Notes under the pieces: model-generated | Told to the model about the DNA's origin: nothing | What the model saw: the letters and a program-made list of their open reading frames with translations, nothing else | Databases searched by the model: none | Part shown: piece by piece, positions 1 to 7,731 of the stretch | Numbering within the stretch: the first letter of the stretch is position 1 | Layout: each line of letters starts with the position of its first letter | Program-made: the position numbers and the translations under genes | Virus record (IMG/VR): IMGVR_UViG_3300033067_001290 | Span: 1 to 29,588 of that record | DNA: 29,588 bases | From: a virus | Lineage: Duplodnaviria > Caudoviricetes | Direction: 5' to 3' (one strand)

Positions 1-189
1 CATCCCCGGCGCGGCGAGGCACCAGGAGAGGGGGATGGCGAGCGTCGGGGCCTTTATTTCCCCGTATCCATCAGCCACCCAGCACCCTTTAGCTGCGTCG
101 TATGCACCAAGAAAACACCCGCCCCGGGGATGTTTCAATAAACACTCGCACCCCGTCAACGCTTCGGGGGTGATGGGGTTCGTGGTCAT
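1..189 (-). CDS. Hypothetical protein, partial (runs off left end; MTTNPITPEALTGCECLLKH...)
   Basis: ATG at 189 overlaps the RuvC-like stop (ATGA), with an AAGGAG RBS upstream; frame open to position 1. Confidence 0.6.
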   Translation of the reverse strand, partial: MTTNPITPEALTGCECLLKHPRGGCFLGAYDAAKGCWVADGYGEIKAPTLAIPLSWCLAAPGM

Positions 190-695
190 ACTGTTTGCTC
201 CTTTGGCTTGTCGTTCTGATCCGCCCATGTGACTGCGACGGCGAGCGCCGCCCAAACGTCGCCGGATATTCCGTAGAGTGCGCCGGGTGTTTTCTTCTTG
301 CCAATCGCGGAGGGCCCGCCGTATCGGTCGATCAGGGCTTGGCGGATGTGGGCGTCCTTGGCTCGCATCGTTCCGCACAGGTGCATCTTGACGGCCTTGC
401 GGGGTAGGCGGTTCCAAGGAATGCGGCAGTGTTGAAGTGTCTCGGCGAACCGTCCCGACCAGAACACCGTCTCGAAAACCTCGGCACCCACGGCCATTCC
501 GAAGCTCTCGATTTTCTCGATGACTGCGGTGTCGCATTCGATTTCCAGTCGAGCCAACTTACCGATCAACTCGTGATTTGGGCACTTGCCAATCTGGGTT
601 ATGACCGTGCCTTGCGTTGCTAGGAATATCGTGGCCGTGTCGAGAACGACAAACGCGCTCTCGGTGTCGCCTGGGTCGATTGCGAGTATTTTCAT
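186..695 (-). CDS. RuvC-like Holliday junction resolvase (RNase H fold)
   Basis: N-terminal ILAIDPG, central AVIEK, VKMHLCG..RAKD and DVWAALAVA match the RuvC catalytic layout. Start trimmed from the 321-aa ORF to MKILAID. Confidence 0.8.
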   Translation of the reverse strand: MKILAIDPGDTESAFVVLDTATIFLATQGTVITQIGKCPNHELIGKLARLEIECDTAVIEKIESFGMAVGAEVFETVFWSGRFAETLQHCRIPWNRLPRKAVKMHLCGTMRAKDAHIRQALIDRYGGPSAIGKKKTPGALYGISGDVWAALAVAVTWADQNDKPKEQTV

Positions 696-697
696 GC

Positions 698-1102
698 TCA
701 CCCTGTCACTTCCTGCGGTTCCCCGCTCAGTATCCAATCCCAGAACTCCGGGCCCTTCGCGTTCTTCCCCGTCACCTTCGTGAACCGATCCCGAAGCCGC
801 TGCATCGACGCTGCCGCCCGCTGGATCTCGCTTTCCCTGTCCGGGTGCATCTCGGCCCACGTCGGCGGTTTGGGCTCGGGCTTCTTCGGCGCGATAGCCT
901 CCCAGACCTCGGCGGGCTGGATGCTCTCGAACTTGATCGCAATCCGGGCGTCCACGAGTTTCTTGCGGGCCTCGCCGAGTTCGATGCCCTGCTCGCGGAG
1001 CAACCGGGCGAACACCTCGTCCTGGATTTCCTTCGCCCAATCGAGCTTCGGCCAGAGCGATCGGATGTGGGCCAAAAGATTTTTCGCGTGGTCTTCGGTC
1101 AT
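698..1102 (-). CDS. Hypothetical protein, possible helicase-loader or replication accessory protein
   Basis: 134 aa, ATGA-coupled directly downstream of the initiator-like gene. Function inferred from position only. Confidence 0.6.
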   Translation of the reverse strand: MTEDHAKNLLAHIRSLWPKLDWAKEIQDEVFARLLREQGIELGEARKKLVDARIAIKFESIQPAEVWEAIAPKKPEPKPPTWAEMHPDRESEIQRAAASMQRLRDRFTKVTGKNAKGPEFWDWILSGEPQEVTG

Positions 1103-1878
1103 GCGGTGCTCCTTGCCCGTACTCGTGCGGCGATTTCTTCGGGGTCGTCAAGTCCGAGTTTGCGTTGTGGTGCCCGTGGGGGGTCCAGGTTGCCGGCGCG
1201 GACTCGGGCGACCAGAACCGCGGCGGGATTGCGAACCCGGGCGTCGGACAGAACGTCGGCCATCACATCACGGATTGCGGCGGGTGGTCCGGCTTGGACG
1301 ACGGCGAACAACTCGGCTTGGTGCAACGTCCACGGGGGGCGTGAAAGCTCGTCCGCAAGTTCGGTCTGTTCGTCCGAGAGAGAAACCGGGGCGGCCCAAC
1401 CAACCCCGCCTTTCGGCGCAGCCGGTTTGGTTGGTTGGTCCCCTCCATTACCTTCCCTTACTTTCCTATACGGTACTATCGGTGTTGCGTCGGTGGTCGG
1501 TCGGTGCGCGGTCGATGCGCGATCGGTGCGCGATTCCTCAGAAACCGCGTTTACGAGCCAGCCAATGGGGTTTTTGGAAAGCAAGTCGAACGCCGCTTCT
1601 GCGGCCTTCAACGGCAGACCGAAGCGGATCGAGTACCTTTTTGCGTCCCAAGCACCTTTTTCGTCCTCCAAGACGCCCCGGACGGGGCACTTGGCGGCGA
1701 TTTGGACGAGCGCGATGAACACTCCGAAGGCCGCGGAGCCCTCCTTGGTGCGCATCAGAACCCCGAACGCTTCGCTGTCCTGGGTGGTGCGCAGGGTGAC
1801 GTAGCGGACCGAATCCAGCTCGCGGGAGCGGTAGTTCTCAAAGGTCTTGTCCCAATCCTTGATCTTCCACACCGTCAT
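1099..1878 (-). CDS. Putative phage replication initiator
   Basis: Starts MTVWKIKDWDKTFENYRSR, has a helical N-terminal domain and a low-complexity linker encoded by 11-bp tandem repeats plus a purine run, as in lambda-O-type initiators. Confidence 0.65.
   Translation of the reverse strand: MTVWKIKDWDKTFENYRSRELDSVRYVTLRTTQDSEAFGVLMRTKEGSAAFGVFIALVQIAAKCPVRGVLEDEKGAWDAKRYSIRFGLPLKAAEAAFDLLSKNPIGWLVNAVSEESRTDRASTAHRPTTDATPIVPYRKVREGNGGDQPTKPAAPKGGVGWAAPVSLSDEQTELADELSRPPWTLHQAELFAVVQAGPPAAIRDVMADVLSDARVRNPAAVLVARVRAGNLDPPRAPQRKLGLDDPEEIAARVRARSTA
1479..1533. repeat. Five tandem 11-bp repeats; candidate origin iterons
   Basis: tcggtgttgcg / tcggtggtcgg / tcggtgcgcgg / tcgatgcgcga / tcggtgcgcga at 1479, 1490, 1501, 1512, 1523. 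Confidence 0.75.
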
Positions 1879-1903
1879 GCCCCTGCCCTTTCGCGTCCTG
1901 CGG

Positions 1904-2164
1904 TCAGTCGTCAAATGCCTGTACTGCCCTCTGCGCCTGCGCCACAAGCTCCTCGGTGATTCTCGAATACTCGTCTCCGTCTTTGCGTCGCGCCGCTTCG
2001 ATGCCACGGTTGCAGAGATCGACGATGACTTTTTCAGCGCCGCAATCGAAAGGCTGTTCTTCGGTACGGTTGGCGTTCCACCACTCGATGTCATTCACGA
2101 TTTGCTGAGCATCGCGGCGCAGCTTGGCGATCCTTCTTGGACCGTCAGGCGGTATAAGTCTCAT
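1904..2164 (-). CDS. Hypothetical protein (MRLIPPDGPRR..., 86 aa)
   Basis: ATGA overlap with the upstream gene and an AAGGAG RBS. Confidence 0.6.
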   Translation of the reverse strand: MRLIPPDGPRRIAKLRRDAQQIVNDIEWWNANRTEEQPFDCGAEKVIVDLCNRGIEAARRKDGDEYSRITEELVAQAQRAVQAFDD

Positions 2165-2604
2165 GCCTTCTCCTTGGTCTGCTCGTTCACCCACCTCGCG
2201 GCGGCCAGCCAGTCGGGGGAGCCGTCGATGGGCTCAAAATCTTTCCCGAACAGCACGTTCATTTGTGATGCCCTTGGAGGGTCGTAAAATGTGTTCAGGG
2301 CAGTTCCTTCTTTGCATACTGCCAAGCTGATACGACCGCACGGGAACACCGTAACTACGACGCCCTTGCTCCTGATCCACCCCTGGGCGGCGATGGCGCA
2401 GCGATCGGCGGCGGCTTCGGGCGTATCGCGGCCACGCTTTGCGCCTTCGGTGAGGTAGCACCAGTCGCCGCAGCATGAGCACAGTCCCAGCATCAAGCCT
2501 TCGCTGTTCTTCGGCGTCGCCTCCCGCGCGAAGCCGTCAGGTCCGAACATCGGCGGCTCACCGTTGGGGCCGGGGAGGAAGTAGGTGGAGGCGGTGGCAA
2601 TCAT
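2161..2604 (-). CDS. Hypothetical protein with a CSCCGDWC motif (147 aa)
   Basis: ATG at 2604 with an AAGGAG RBS, coupled to DUF1643. Confidence 0.65.
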   Translation of the reverse strand: MIATASTYFLPGPNGEPPMFGPDGFAREATPKNSEGLMLGLCSCCGDWCYLTEGAKRGRDTPEAAADRCAIAAQGWIRSKGVVVTVFPCGRISLAVCKEGTALNTFYDPPRASQMNVLFGKDFEPIDGSPDWLAAARWVNEQTKEKA

Positions 2605-3074
2605 GGGAATCTCCTTAGTTGGCTCGTGCTTTTGAGGTACAACGGATGTCCAGGGAATCCGCCCTTGGTCTTGTGCAAGCACCACCACTCTTTGACGAGT
2701 GGAACGATCTGATCCTGTCTCTTTGCCATCGCGTGCGATCCCCACGCGGCTATGACGCGAGCAACCTGCCCACAGATTCGGACGATCGTGTCCTCGTTTA
2801 TTTTCTCTTCATTGGTAACAATCCCGCTCAGTTGGTCAGGATCGGTGGAGCGGAAGGCCCAAAGATTGAGCATGATGAATCCGCCGTAGCCGTGCGACAT
2901 GGCGAATCCGCAGCACCGTCGAATGGTGGGATCGTCCTTGGTTGCATCTGCCGTGCTGGGGTTGAGCCCAACGAAAGCGCATTGCGGAAGCGTCTCGTCC
3001 CAGATACGCCAAAGGCTAAACCTGTACTTTTCGCACGGGGATATTTGAGCGCCAGAATCAATGTACTTGCTCAT
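2601..3074 (-). CDS. DUF1643 family protein
   Basis: Signature ISPCEKYRFSLWRIW...FVGLNPSTADATKDDPTIRRC...NLWAFRSTDP...AAWG...HPLY. Confidence 0.9.
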   Translation of the reverse strand: MSKYIDSGAQISPCEKYRFSLWRIWDETLPQCAFVGLNPSTADATKDDPTIRRCCGFAMSHGYGGFIMLNLWAFRSTDPDQLSGIVTNEEKINEDTIVRICGQVARVIAAWGSHAMAKRQDQIVPLVKEWWCLHKTKGGFPGHPLYLKSTSQLRRFP

Positions 3075-3475
3075 CCCCCCACCTCCATCGCCCCGCCCGC
3101 GTCGGTGGCGGCACGGGCCTTTGTGCATCGTTCACATCCGCATGTATCTGGGTACTCGCTGGGCTCTTTCCACGGTGGCGGTGCCTTAGCTCGGCACTGG
3201 GGACAGTGTGACGCGGGCATGTCGCTTCGCAGACGGTGCCCGCACACCGAGCATCTCGACATCAACCACGTCAGTCCTTCCTCGCATAGTTTTCTGGCCT
3301 CGTCCCTGTCGGCGCGGAGTTGGGCGAGTTCGGCGGCATTGTCCATCAGCCTGCGGTCTGATATGGCGTTGTTTGCATCGGCGAGTTCGCACCTTGCGCG
3401 AAGGCTCGCAAGTTCCATACAGATCCGGTTGATTTCTTCTACTGCCTGTTCTGCTGGCCGTGTCATGCGTTCCAT
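3071..3475 (-). CDS. Hypothetical protein: coiled coil plus CxxC zinc-binding motifs
   Basis: CSVCG, CPQC and CGCERC motifs; coupled to neighbours. Confidence 0.65.
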   Translation of the reverse strand: MERMTRPAEQAVEEINRICMELASLRARCELADANNAISDRRLMDNAAELAQLRADRDEARKLCEEGLTWLMSRCSVCGHRLRSDMPASHCPQCRAKAPPPWKEPSEYPDTCGCERCTKARAATDAGGAMEVGG

Positions 3476-3868
3476 CTACTTCCCCTCCCTCGCGTCGAGG
3501 ACGGCCCCGATCGCGGAGTTGATGGCGTCGAGCATATTTGGGGCTCGATAGGTCGTGGAACTGCCCGCAATTGCCCCCATCAAATCAGCGCTGTATCCGC
3601 CAACGCAAGCATCAAATTGAGGCACGCTTCTTTTTTCCACCAGCCACATCAGCCCGTGCCAGCCGAGGATGGCGGCGGCTCGCTGTGTGGACAACATGAG
3701 CTTGCGACCGTCACCGCGATACATTGGTGGAAGTCCGGTATCGTCCTCATAAAGCCAAACGATCTCGCTCTCGGTTTCAATCTCAATGTCGTCCGGCATT
3801 CCCGGCCCTCCCTGGCGCCGGTAGTTGCTGGTGGAGGCCCAGAGTTGGGAGGCGGTGGGGGTGGTCAT
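3476..3868 (-). CDS. Hypothetical protein (130 aa)
   Basis: ATGA overlap upstream, abuts the downstream gene. Confidence 0.6.
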   Translation of the reverse strand: MTTPTASQLWASTSNYRRQGGPGMPDDIEIETESEIVWLYEDDTGLPPMYRGDGRKLMLSTQRAAAILGWHGLMWLVEKRSVPQFDACVGGYSADLMGAIAGSSTTYRAPNMLDAINSAIGAVLDAREGK

Positions 3869-4281
3869 GGGAGCTTCCTCGCTTTCTCCAAAAGTGACAT
3901 CACTTTTACCATGCCAATGGCGTTGTCTTTGGACTTTGGACCGTTGCCCGTCAAAGCCATCGTTACGGCGTGTTCTGGTTCGTCCGGGTTGTCACCGACT
4001 ACGGATTGTGGGTGATCTGGGAGCATGACCAAATGGACCGGACCACTCCCAAAGGACAAGTTTTTGAGAACCCAATCGGACTGTCCGTCACCCTCCGGGA
4101 TAATGCCCCATCGGTACGAACCAACACTCATGTCCTTGGATGCCTCTAGAATCTGTTCTAGAAGATCAGCGCGATCCCGCAATCCTTCGAGAACCTTCCT
4201 TCCGATGACTACCGTTGGAGCGTCCGAGCTTCCATCCGCAAGATGCAGCGCCAGAGCGTGTTTGACATCGTTGTTCTTCAC
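3865..4281 (-). CDS. Hypothetical phage protein (138 aa, ALTGNGPKSKDNA motif)
   Basis: GTG at 4281 overlaps the upstream stop (GTGA), with a GGAG RBS. Confidence 0.65.
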   Translation of the reverse strand: MKNNDVKHALALHLADGSSDAPTVVIGRKVLEGLRDRADLLEQILEASKDMSVGSYRWGIIPEGDGQSDWVLKNLSFGSGPVHLVMLPDHPQSVVGDNPDEPEHAVTMALTGNGPKSKDNAIGMVKVMSLLEKARKLP

Positions 4282-4655
4282 AACCCCTTCTCCTTCCGCC
4301 ACGCGGCGAGGCACAAGCGCCAGCGACACAAAGCCTCAGTTTCTCCGTGCGCGTCTATGGCTTCGTCCCAATGTCCTGTCGGCGGGATCGCTCGCGCAGA
4401 AATCAACCCGCCGACGTTACGGTTGTGAACTTCGTATTCCCACCCCTTCGGCATCGCGGCGAGCGCGGCGTCGGTGGACTTGTCTGTGCCCATTGGGTGA
4501 ACACCCTCGTCCAGCTTGTCGGTGCCTTGGTTCTCGTTGTCACGTTCCCACTCGTGACGGTGGTACGAAAATGAGCCCGGCGGCGTCCACCCCAGCACCT
4601 TCTCCGCGATCTCGTCGCGGCACTGGTCGAGCGATAGTTGATTGTGGTCGGTCAT
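4278..4655 (-). CDS. Phage ABA-sandwich-domain-like protein
   Basis: DEIAEKVLGW...STDAALAAM...HGETEALCRWRLCLAA resembles the Phage_ABA_S pattern; ATGA coupling. Confidence 0.55.
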   Translation of the reverse strand: MTDHNQLSLDQCRDEIAEKVLGWTPPGSFSYHRHEWERDNENQGTDKLDEGVHPMGTDKSTDAALAAMPKGWEYEVHNRNVGGLISARAIPPTGHWDEAIDAHGETEALCRWRLCLAAWRKEKGL

Positions 4656-4837
4656 GCTTTGCTCCAATTCATCCACGTCAGTCTGCCCGTTCGTTCCTTG
4701 TTGTCGATCGCGCTGCGGAACCGAAAGCCGTGCCCCCAGACGCATTTCCAGTGACGGCGCACGAGCCCGTTGTGCTGCGGCGGATCTTGCCGGATGCACC
4801 GTCCGGGCTTGCCGCATGTGGGGCATGGGTCGGTCAT
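4652..4837 (-). CDS. Small zinc-ribbon protein (61 aa)
   Basis: CPTCG...RRHWKCVWGHGF; ATGA coupling at both ends. Confidence 0.65.
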   Translation of the reverse strand: MTDPCPTCGKPGRCIRQDPPQHNGLVRRHWKCVWGHGFRFRSAIDNKERTGRLTWMNWSKA

Positions 4838-5076
4838 TCGCCAATCTCCACAATCTCAAACGGGCTTCCACACTCCGGGTCCACCACCACGGCCACGCCG
4901 TAGTAGTCCAGTTCTTCCAGTCGTCCCGCCCGTACGATCATCCTCCGCGCGGTCTCGCTCAGCACCAGCACCATGTTCCGAAGACGGACGTTTCGGTTGA
5001 GCGCGAGTTCGTAGTCGGTCGTGATGCACCGCATGAGCGTGTTCACCCAGGCGGATTCGGTGGGGGCTTGGCTCAC
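4834..5076 (-). CDS. Hypothetical protein (MSQAPTESAW..., 80 aa)
   Basis: GTG at 5076 overlaps the upstream stop. Confidence 0.55.
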   Translation of the reverse strand: MSQAPTESAWVNTLMRCITTDYELALNRNVRLRNMVLVLSETARRMIVRAGRLEELDYYGVAVVVDPECGSPFEIVEIGE

Positions 5077-5300
5077 GTTCCAGACCTCTCGGGCAAGGCA
5101 CGGCGAACGATGCGGTACTCGTGGCGGAGTTCCCAGAGGATCGAATCTGCCAATCTCCCAGCCTCGCGGACAATGGCCGAAGCGTGATCCTCGGAAATGT
5201 CGGTTACCAACCGTCTTGCAGCGCTGGCTTCTATCGCGCTCTTGATTCTCTCCCTCACCGCGTCCTGCACCATCTGCTGTGATCTCTTCGCCACGTTCAA
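5073..5300 (-). CDS. Hypothetical protein (75 aa)
   Basis: TTG start overlapping the upstream TGA, with GGAGG immediately upstream. Confidence 0.55.
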   Translation of the reverse strand: MNVAKRSQQMVQDAVRERIKSAIEASAARRLVTDISEDHASAIVREAGRLADSILWELRHEYRIVRRALPERSGT

Positions 5301-5521
5301 TCCTCCGTGAGCCTTCCGCTCTTGTAATCAGCGATGTACTTGCGGGCTGACGCCGCCCACTGTTCTGCGTCCTTGATGGCGGCAAGCAGTCTGCGGCTAT
5401 TCAGCGGCATGAATGACAGGCCGTACGCGATCCCGGTCAAATGCTGAGCGTCTTTCATTACGTCAATAAGCCTCGGAACAGTCTTTTTCCTTCGCGTCCT
5501 GGGTTTCTTCGGGGGAGTCAC
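5297..5521 (-). CDS. Small basic hypothetical protein (MTPPKKPRTRRKK..., 74 aa)
   Basis: GTG at 5521 overlaps the MTase stop, with a GAGGT RBS. Confidence 0.55.
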   Translation of the reverse strand: MTPPKKPRTRRKKTVPRLIDVMKDAQHLTGIAYGLSFMPLNSRRLLAAIKDAEQWAASARKYIADYKSGRLTED

Positions 5522-6273
5522 GCGGGCACCTCGATTCTGTTCATCGCGTCGATCATGCCCCGGGCGATGACCTCGACGCACTGCGGGACTTGCGCGTTGC
5601 CGAGGGCGGACAGGCGGTCCATCCGCTTGGGAACCCCATCAGCCACTCCACCACTCGAACCGGCGGGTACAGAAACCCGTAGCTCTGCCTGAACCAGTCC
5701 CGCAAGTTGTTCCCAGGTCCGCGGTTCCTTCGCGGTCGGCCTGATCCCTTGTGGTCGCACTCCGCGGGCGTCGGATGGAAGCACGGCAATCCAAACTCGG
5801 CGGCGCAGGTGCGTGAATCCGCAGGCTGCCGCCGATAGGCAATCCCACTCCGCGTCACGCCCGATTGCGGCCAGCTCTCCGAGTACAACTCCCATTCCCC
5901 GTCGAAGCAACGCTGCCACGTTCTCCAGGAGCCCGTAGGCCCGTGGTGCCACGCGAAGGGCACGCACAACCTCTCGGAAGAGTCCAGAACGGGGGGCGGT
6001 AATTCCGGCGCGGAGTCCTGCATCGCTCACGTCCTGACATGGAAACCCGCCCGTCACAATCGGGGCGTCACTCGGCCAGCCGGCCATTTTCAAACCCAGC
6101 GGAGATCCGCCGATGCCGCAGAACAAATGAACCTGATCGAACGCCCGCAGCTCGTCGTCGGCCAGCGTCGTCACGTCGCGGCACCAGACCTCGCCGGGCG
6201 GGAGAGATCCGTCGGCGATCCGGGCGCGGATGACCTCGCAGCAGTACGGGTCGATGTCGGTGTAGAGAATCAC
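5518..6273 (-). CDS. DNA (cytosine-5)-methyltransferase, large (alpha-like) chain lacking motif IX
   Basis: HLFCGIGG (motif I), GGFPCQDVS (IV), LLENV (VI), HLRRRVWI (VIII), RLSALGNAQVPQ (X). Only 251 aa, with almost no target-recognition region. Confidence 0.9.
   Translation of the reverse strand: MILYTDIDPYCCEVIRARIADGSLPPGEVWCRDVTTLADDELRAFDQVHLFCGIGGSPLGLKMAGWPSDAPIVTGGFPCQDVSDAGLRAGITAPRSGLFREVVRALRVAPRAYGLLENVAALLRRGMGVVLGELAAIGRDAEWDCLSAAACGFTHLRRRVWIAVLPSDARGVRPQGIRPTAKEPRTWEQLAGLVQAELRVSVPAGSSGGVADGVPKRMDRLSALGNAQVPQCVEVIARGMIDAMNRIEVPA
5553..6023 (-). CDS. Nested +1-frame ORF: putative beta chain of the C5-MTase carrying motif IX
   Basis: Lies entirely inside 5518-6273 on the same strand; contains VVEWLMGFPSGWT (motif IX), HPTP and SWPQSGVTRSGIAY. 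Start codon uncertain. Confidence 0.8.
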   Translation of the reverse strand: MQDSAPELPPPVLDSSERLCVPFAWHHGPTGSWRTWQRCFDGEWELYSESWPQSGVTRSGIAYRRQPADSRTCAAEFGLPCFHPTPAECDHKGSGRPRRNRGPGNNLRDWFRQSYGFLYPPVRVVEWLMGFPSGWTACPPSATRKSRSASRSSPGA

Positions 6274-6539
6274 GCGGGCACCGCCTGGCTGTCAAACATC
6301 CAGCGATACTCCGCAGGAATGAGGCGGACGCATTCTGACCCGACGGCCTGATCGAAAGAATGTCCGTACTTTTGTGCGAAGACATCTCTTTCGCCATGCG
6401 CAACCATGCGGGTTCCGCATTCCGTTCGATGGATGGCGTATTTCGGACTGCTACAGGGCCTTCCACACACGGCGCATGGGTTTTTGCCTGTTCCCTTGTA
6501 TGAATATCCCTTCGGATGCGTTGGAATCGGAATGCTCAC
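6270..6539 (-). CDS. Hypothetical Cys-rich protein (MSIPIPTHPKG..., 89 aa)
   Basis: GTGA coupling at both ends; CAVCGRPC motif. Confidence 0.6.
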   Translation of the reverse strand: MSIPIPTHPKGYSYKGTGKNPCAVCGRPCSSPKYAIHRTECGTRMVAHGERDVFAQKYGHSFDQAVGSECVRLIPAEYRWMFDSQAVPA

Positions 6540-6850
6540 GCCGCGACCCTCCCCGCCAACAGCTTGCTCTCGATCTCGGCGTAAATCTCCGGGTTCGCCG
6601 CGTGTTTCTTGATGGCCCGCTTGTGCTGCTGAATCACCGTCGTGTGCGTCGGCCTGCCCATCGCCCGCGCGATCTCGGGGTAGCTCATCACCGTGTACTT
6701 GCGGCAGAGGAATACCGCCGCCTCGCGTGCGGCGATCACCCGCGGGTGCCTTCCAGTTCCGCACAGCCACATGTCGTGGATTTTGTACTCCGCGATCACC
6801 ACCGCGAGAATGTCGGCGGCGATGATGGGGAGGTAGTTCGGGGTGGTCAT
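6536..6850 (-). CDS. Stand-alone DnaA C-terminal (domain IV-like) HTH protein
   Basis: RHPRVIAAREAAVFLCRKYTVMSYPEIARAMGRPTHTTVI parallels the DnaA domain IV consensus (R..AMYL.R..T..S..EIG..FG.RDHTTV). Confidence 0.85.
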   Translation of the reverse strand: MTTPNYLPIIAADILAVVIAEYKIHDMWLCGTGRHPRVIAAREAAVFLCRKYTVMSYPEIARAMGRPTHTTVIQQHKRAIKKHAANPEIYAEIESKLLAGRVAA

Positions 6851-7731
6851 GCGGTTTCCCCAAATAGAACCTCGTCCTTCACCGCGTCACGCTTGGCGAT
6901 CGCACGGTCAAGGTTTTTGATCGCCGTCGCGTGATACTCGTCCTTCAACTCGCAGCCGTAGAACCGCCGGCCGTGCAAGAGAGAAACGTAACCCTCGCTG
7001 CCGATTCCCGTGAACGGTGAGAACACGATCTCGTCGGGGCTCGAAAACAGTCTGACGATCCGATCAATCACGCCCAACTGCAACGGGCAAATGTGCTTCA
7101 CGTCGTCTTTGGATCGCCCCTCTTTGACGTTCAGGGTGTCCGTCTCGCGGATGTCCGACCAGCAACACTCGGCCCAATCGATCCAGTTGTTGCGGCTTAC
7201 CTGGTCCTTCGAGTCGATCGCTACCGCGTTCTCTCCCGGTGCCCGGAACTTGATGAGATAGTCGCCGAGCGTGCCTCGCGTCTTGGCCCGGTCCGATTCG
7301 AGCCCGGAGAATTGCAACTCGCGCGACTTTGTTCTGATCGCCTGGGCCTGCGGATTCTTCCGAACGATCCAGTCGTATTCGTACACCAGCCCCGCCCGCT
7401 CGCCAATGCGGATGTTCAGGCCGCGGAAGTCGAACAACCCGACCTCGCCCGACCGCTTCATGCGCGGGATCTGCATGACGTGAACCACAACCACCCGGCC
7501 CGGCTTTATCACGCGGGCAAGCTGCTGGTAGAAGAAAGAAAGATGCAGCTTGGCCTCGTGCTTCAAGTTCTCGCTGTTGCCGATGTCTGATGGTGACGAT
7601 GTGTAGCTGTACAGCGCCGGGAAGGGTGGCGAGAACACCGCCATGTCGATGCTTGCCCGCGGCATCGTAGCCATGTGCGTGATGCAATCTCCCTTGTGAA
7701 CGTGGTACTCACCCTTGAATGGAATGGTCAC
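6847..7731 (-). CDS. Amino-DNA methyltransferase (N6/N4 family, beta-class motif order; SPPF suggests m4C)
   Basis: GDC..., FSPPF (motif IV), HICPLQL, FSPFTGIGSEG (motif I), GRRFYGCELK. GAAAGGA RBS before the GTG. Confidence 0.9.
   Translation of the reverse strand: MTIPFKGEYHVHKGDCITHMATMPRASIDMAVFSPPFPALYSYTSSPSDIGNSENLKHEAKLHLSFFYQQLARVIKPGRVVVVHVMQIPRMKRSGEVGLFDFRGLNIRIGERAGLVYEYDWIVRKNPQAQAIRTKSRELQFSGLESDRAKTRGTLGDYLIKFRAPGENAVAIDSKDQVSRNNWIDWAECCWSDIRETDTLNVKEGRSKDDVKHICPLQLGVIDRIVRLFSSPDEIVFSPFTGIGSEGYVSLLHGRRFYGCELKDEYHATAIKNLDRAIAKRDAVKDEVLFGETA

Noticed and set aside
617-1804. Long plus-strand ORFs in the early region (617-1804, 780-1718; likewise 2619-3551, 4025-4903, 10087-10929, 12460-13545)
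   Set aside because: Antisense shadows of well-supported coupled minus-strand genes in GC-rich DNA; no recognisable motifs.
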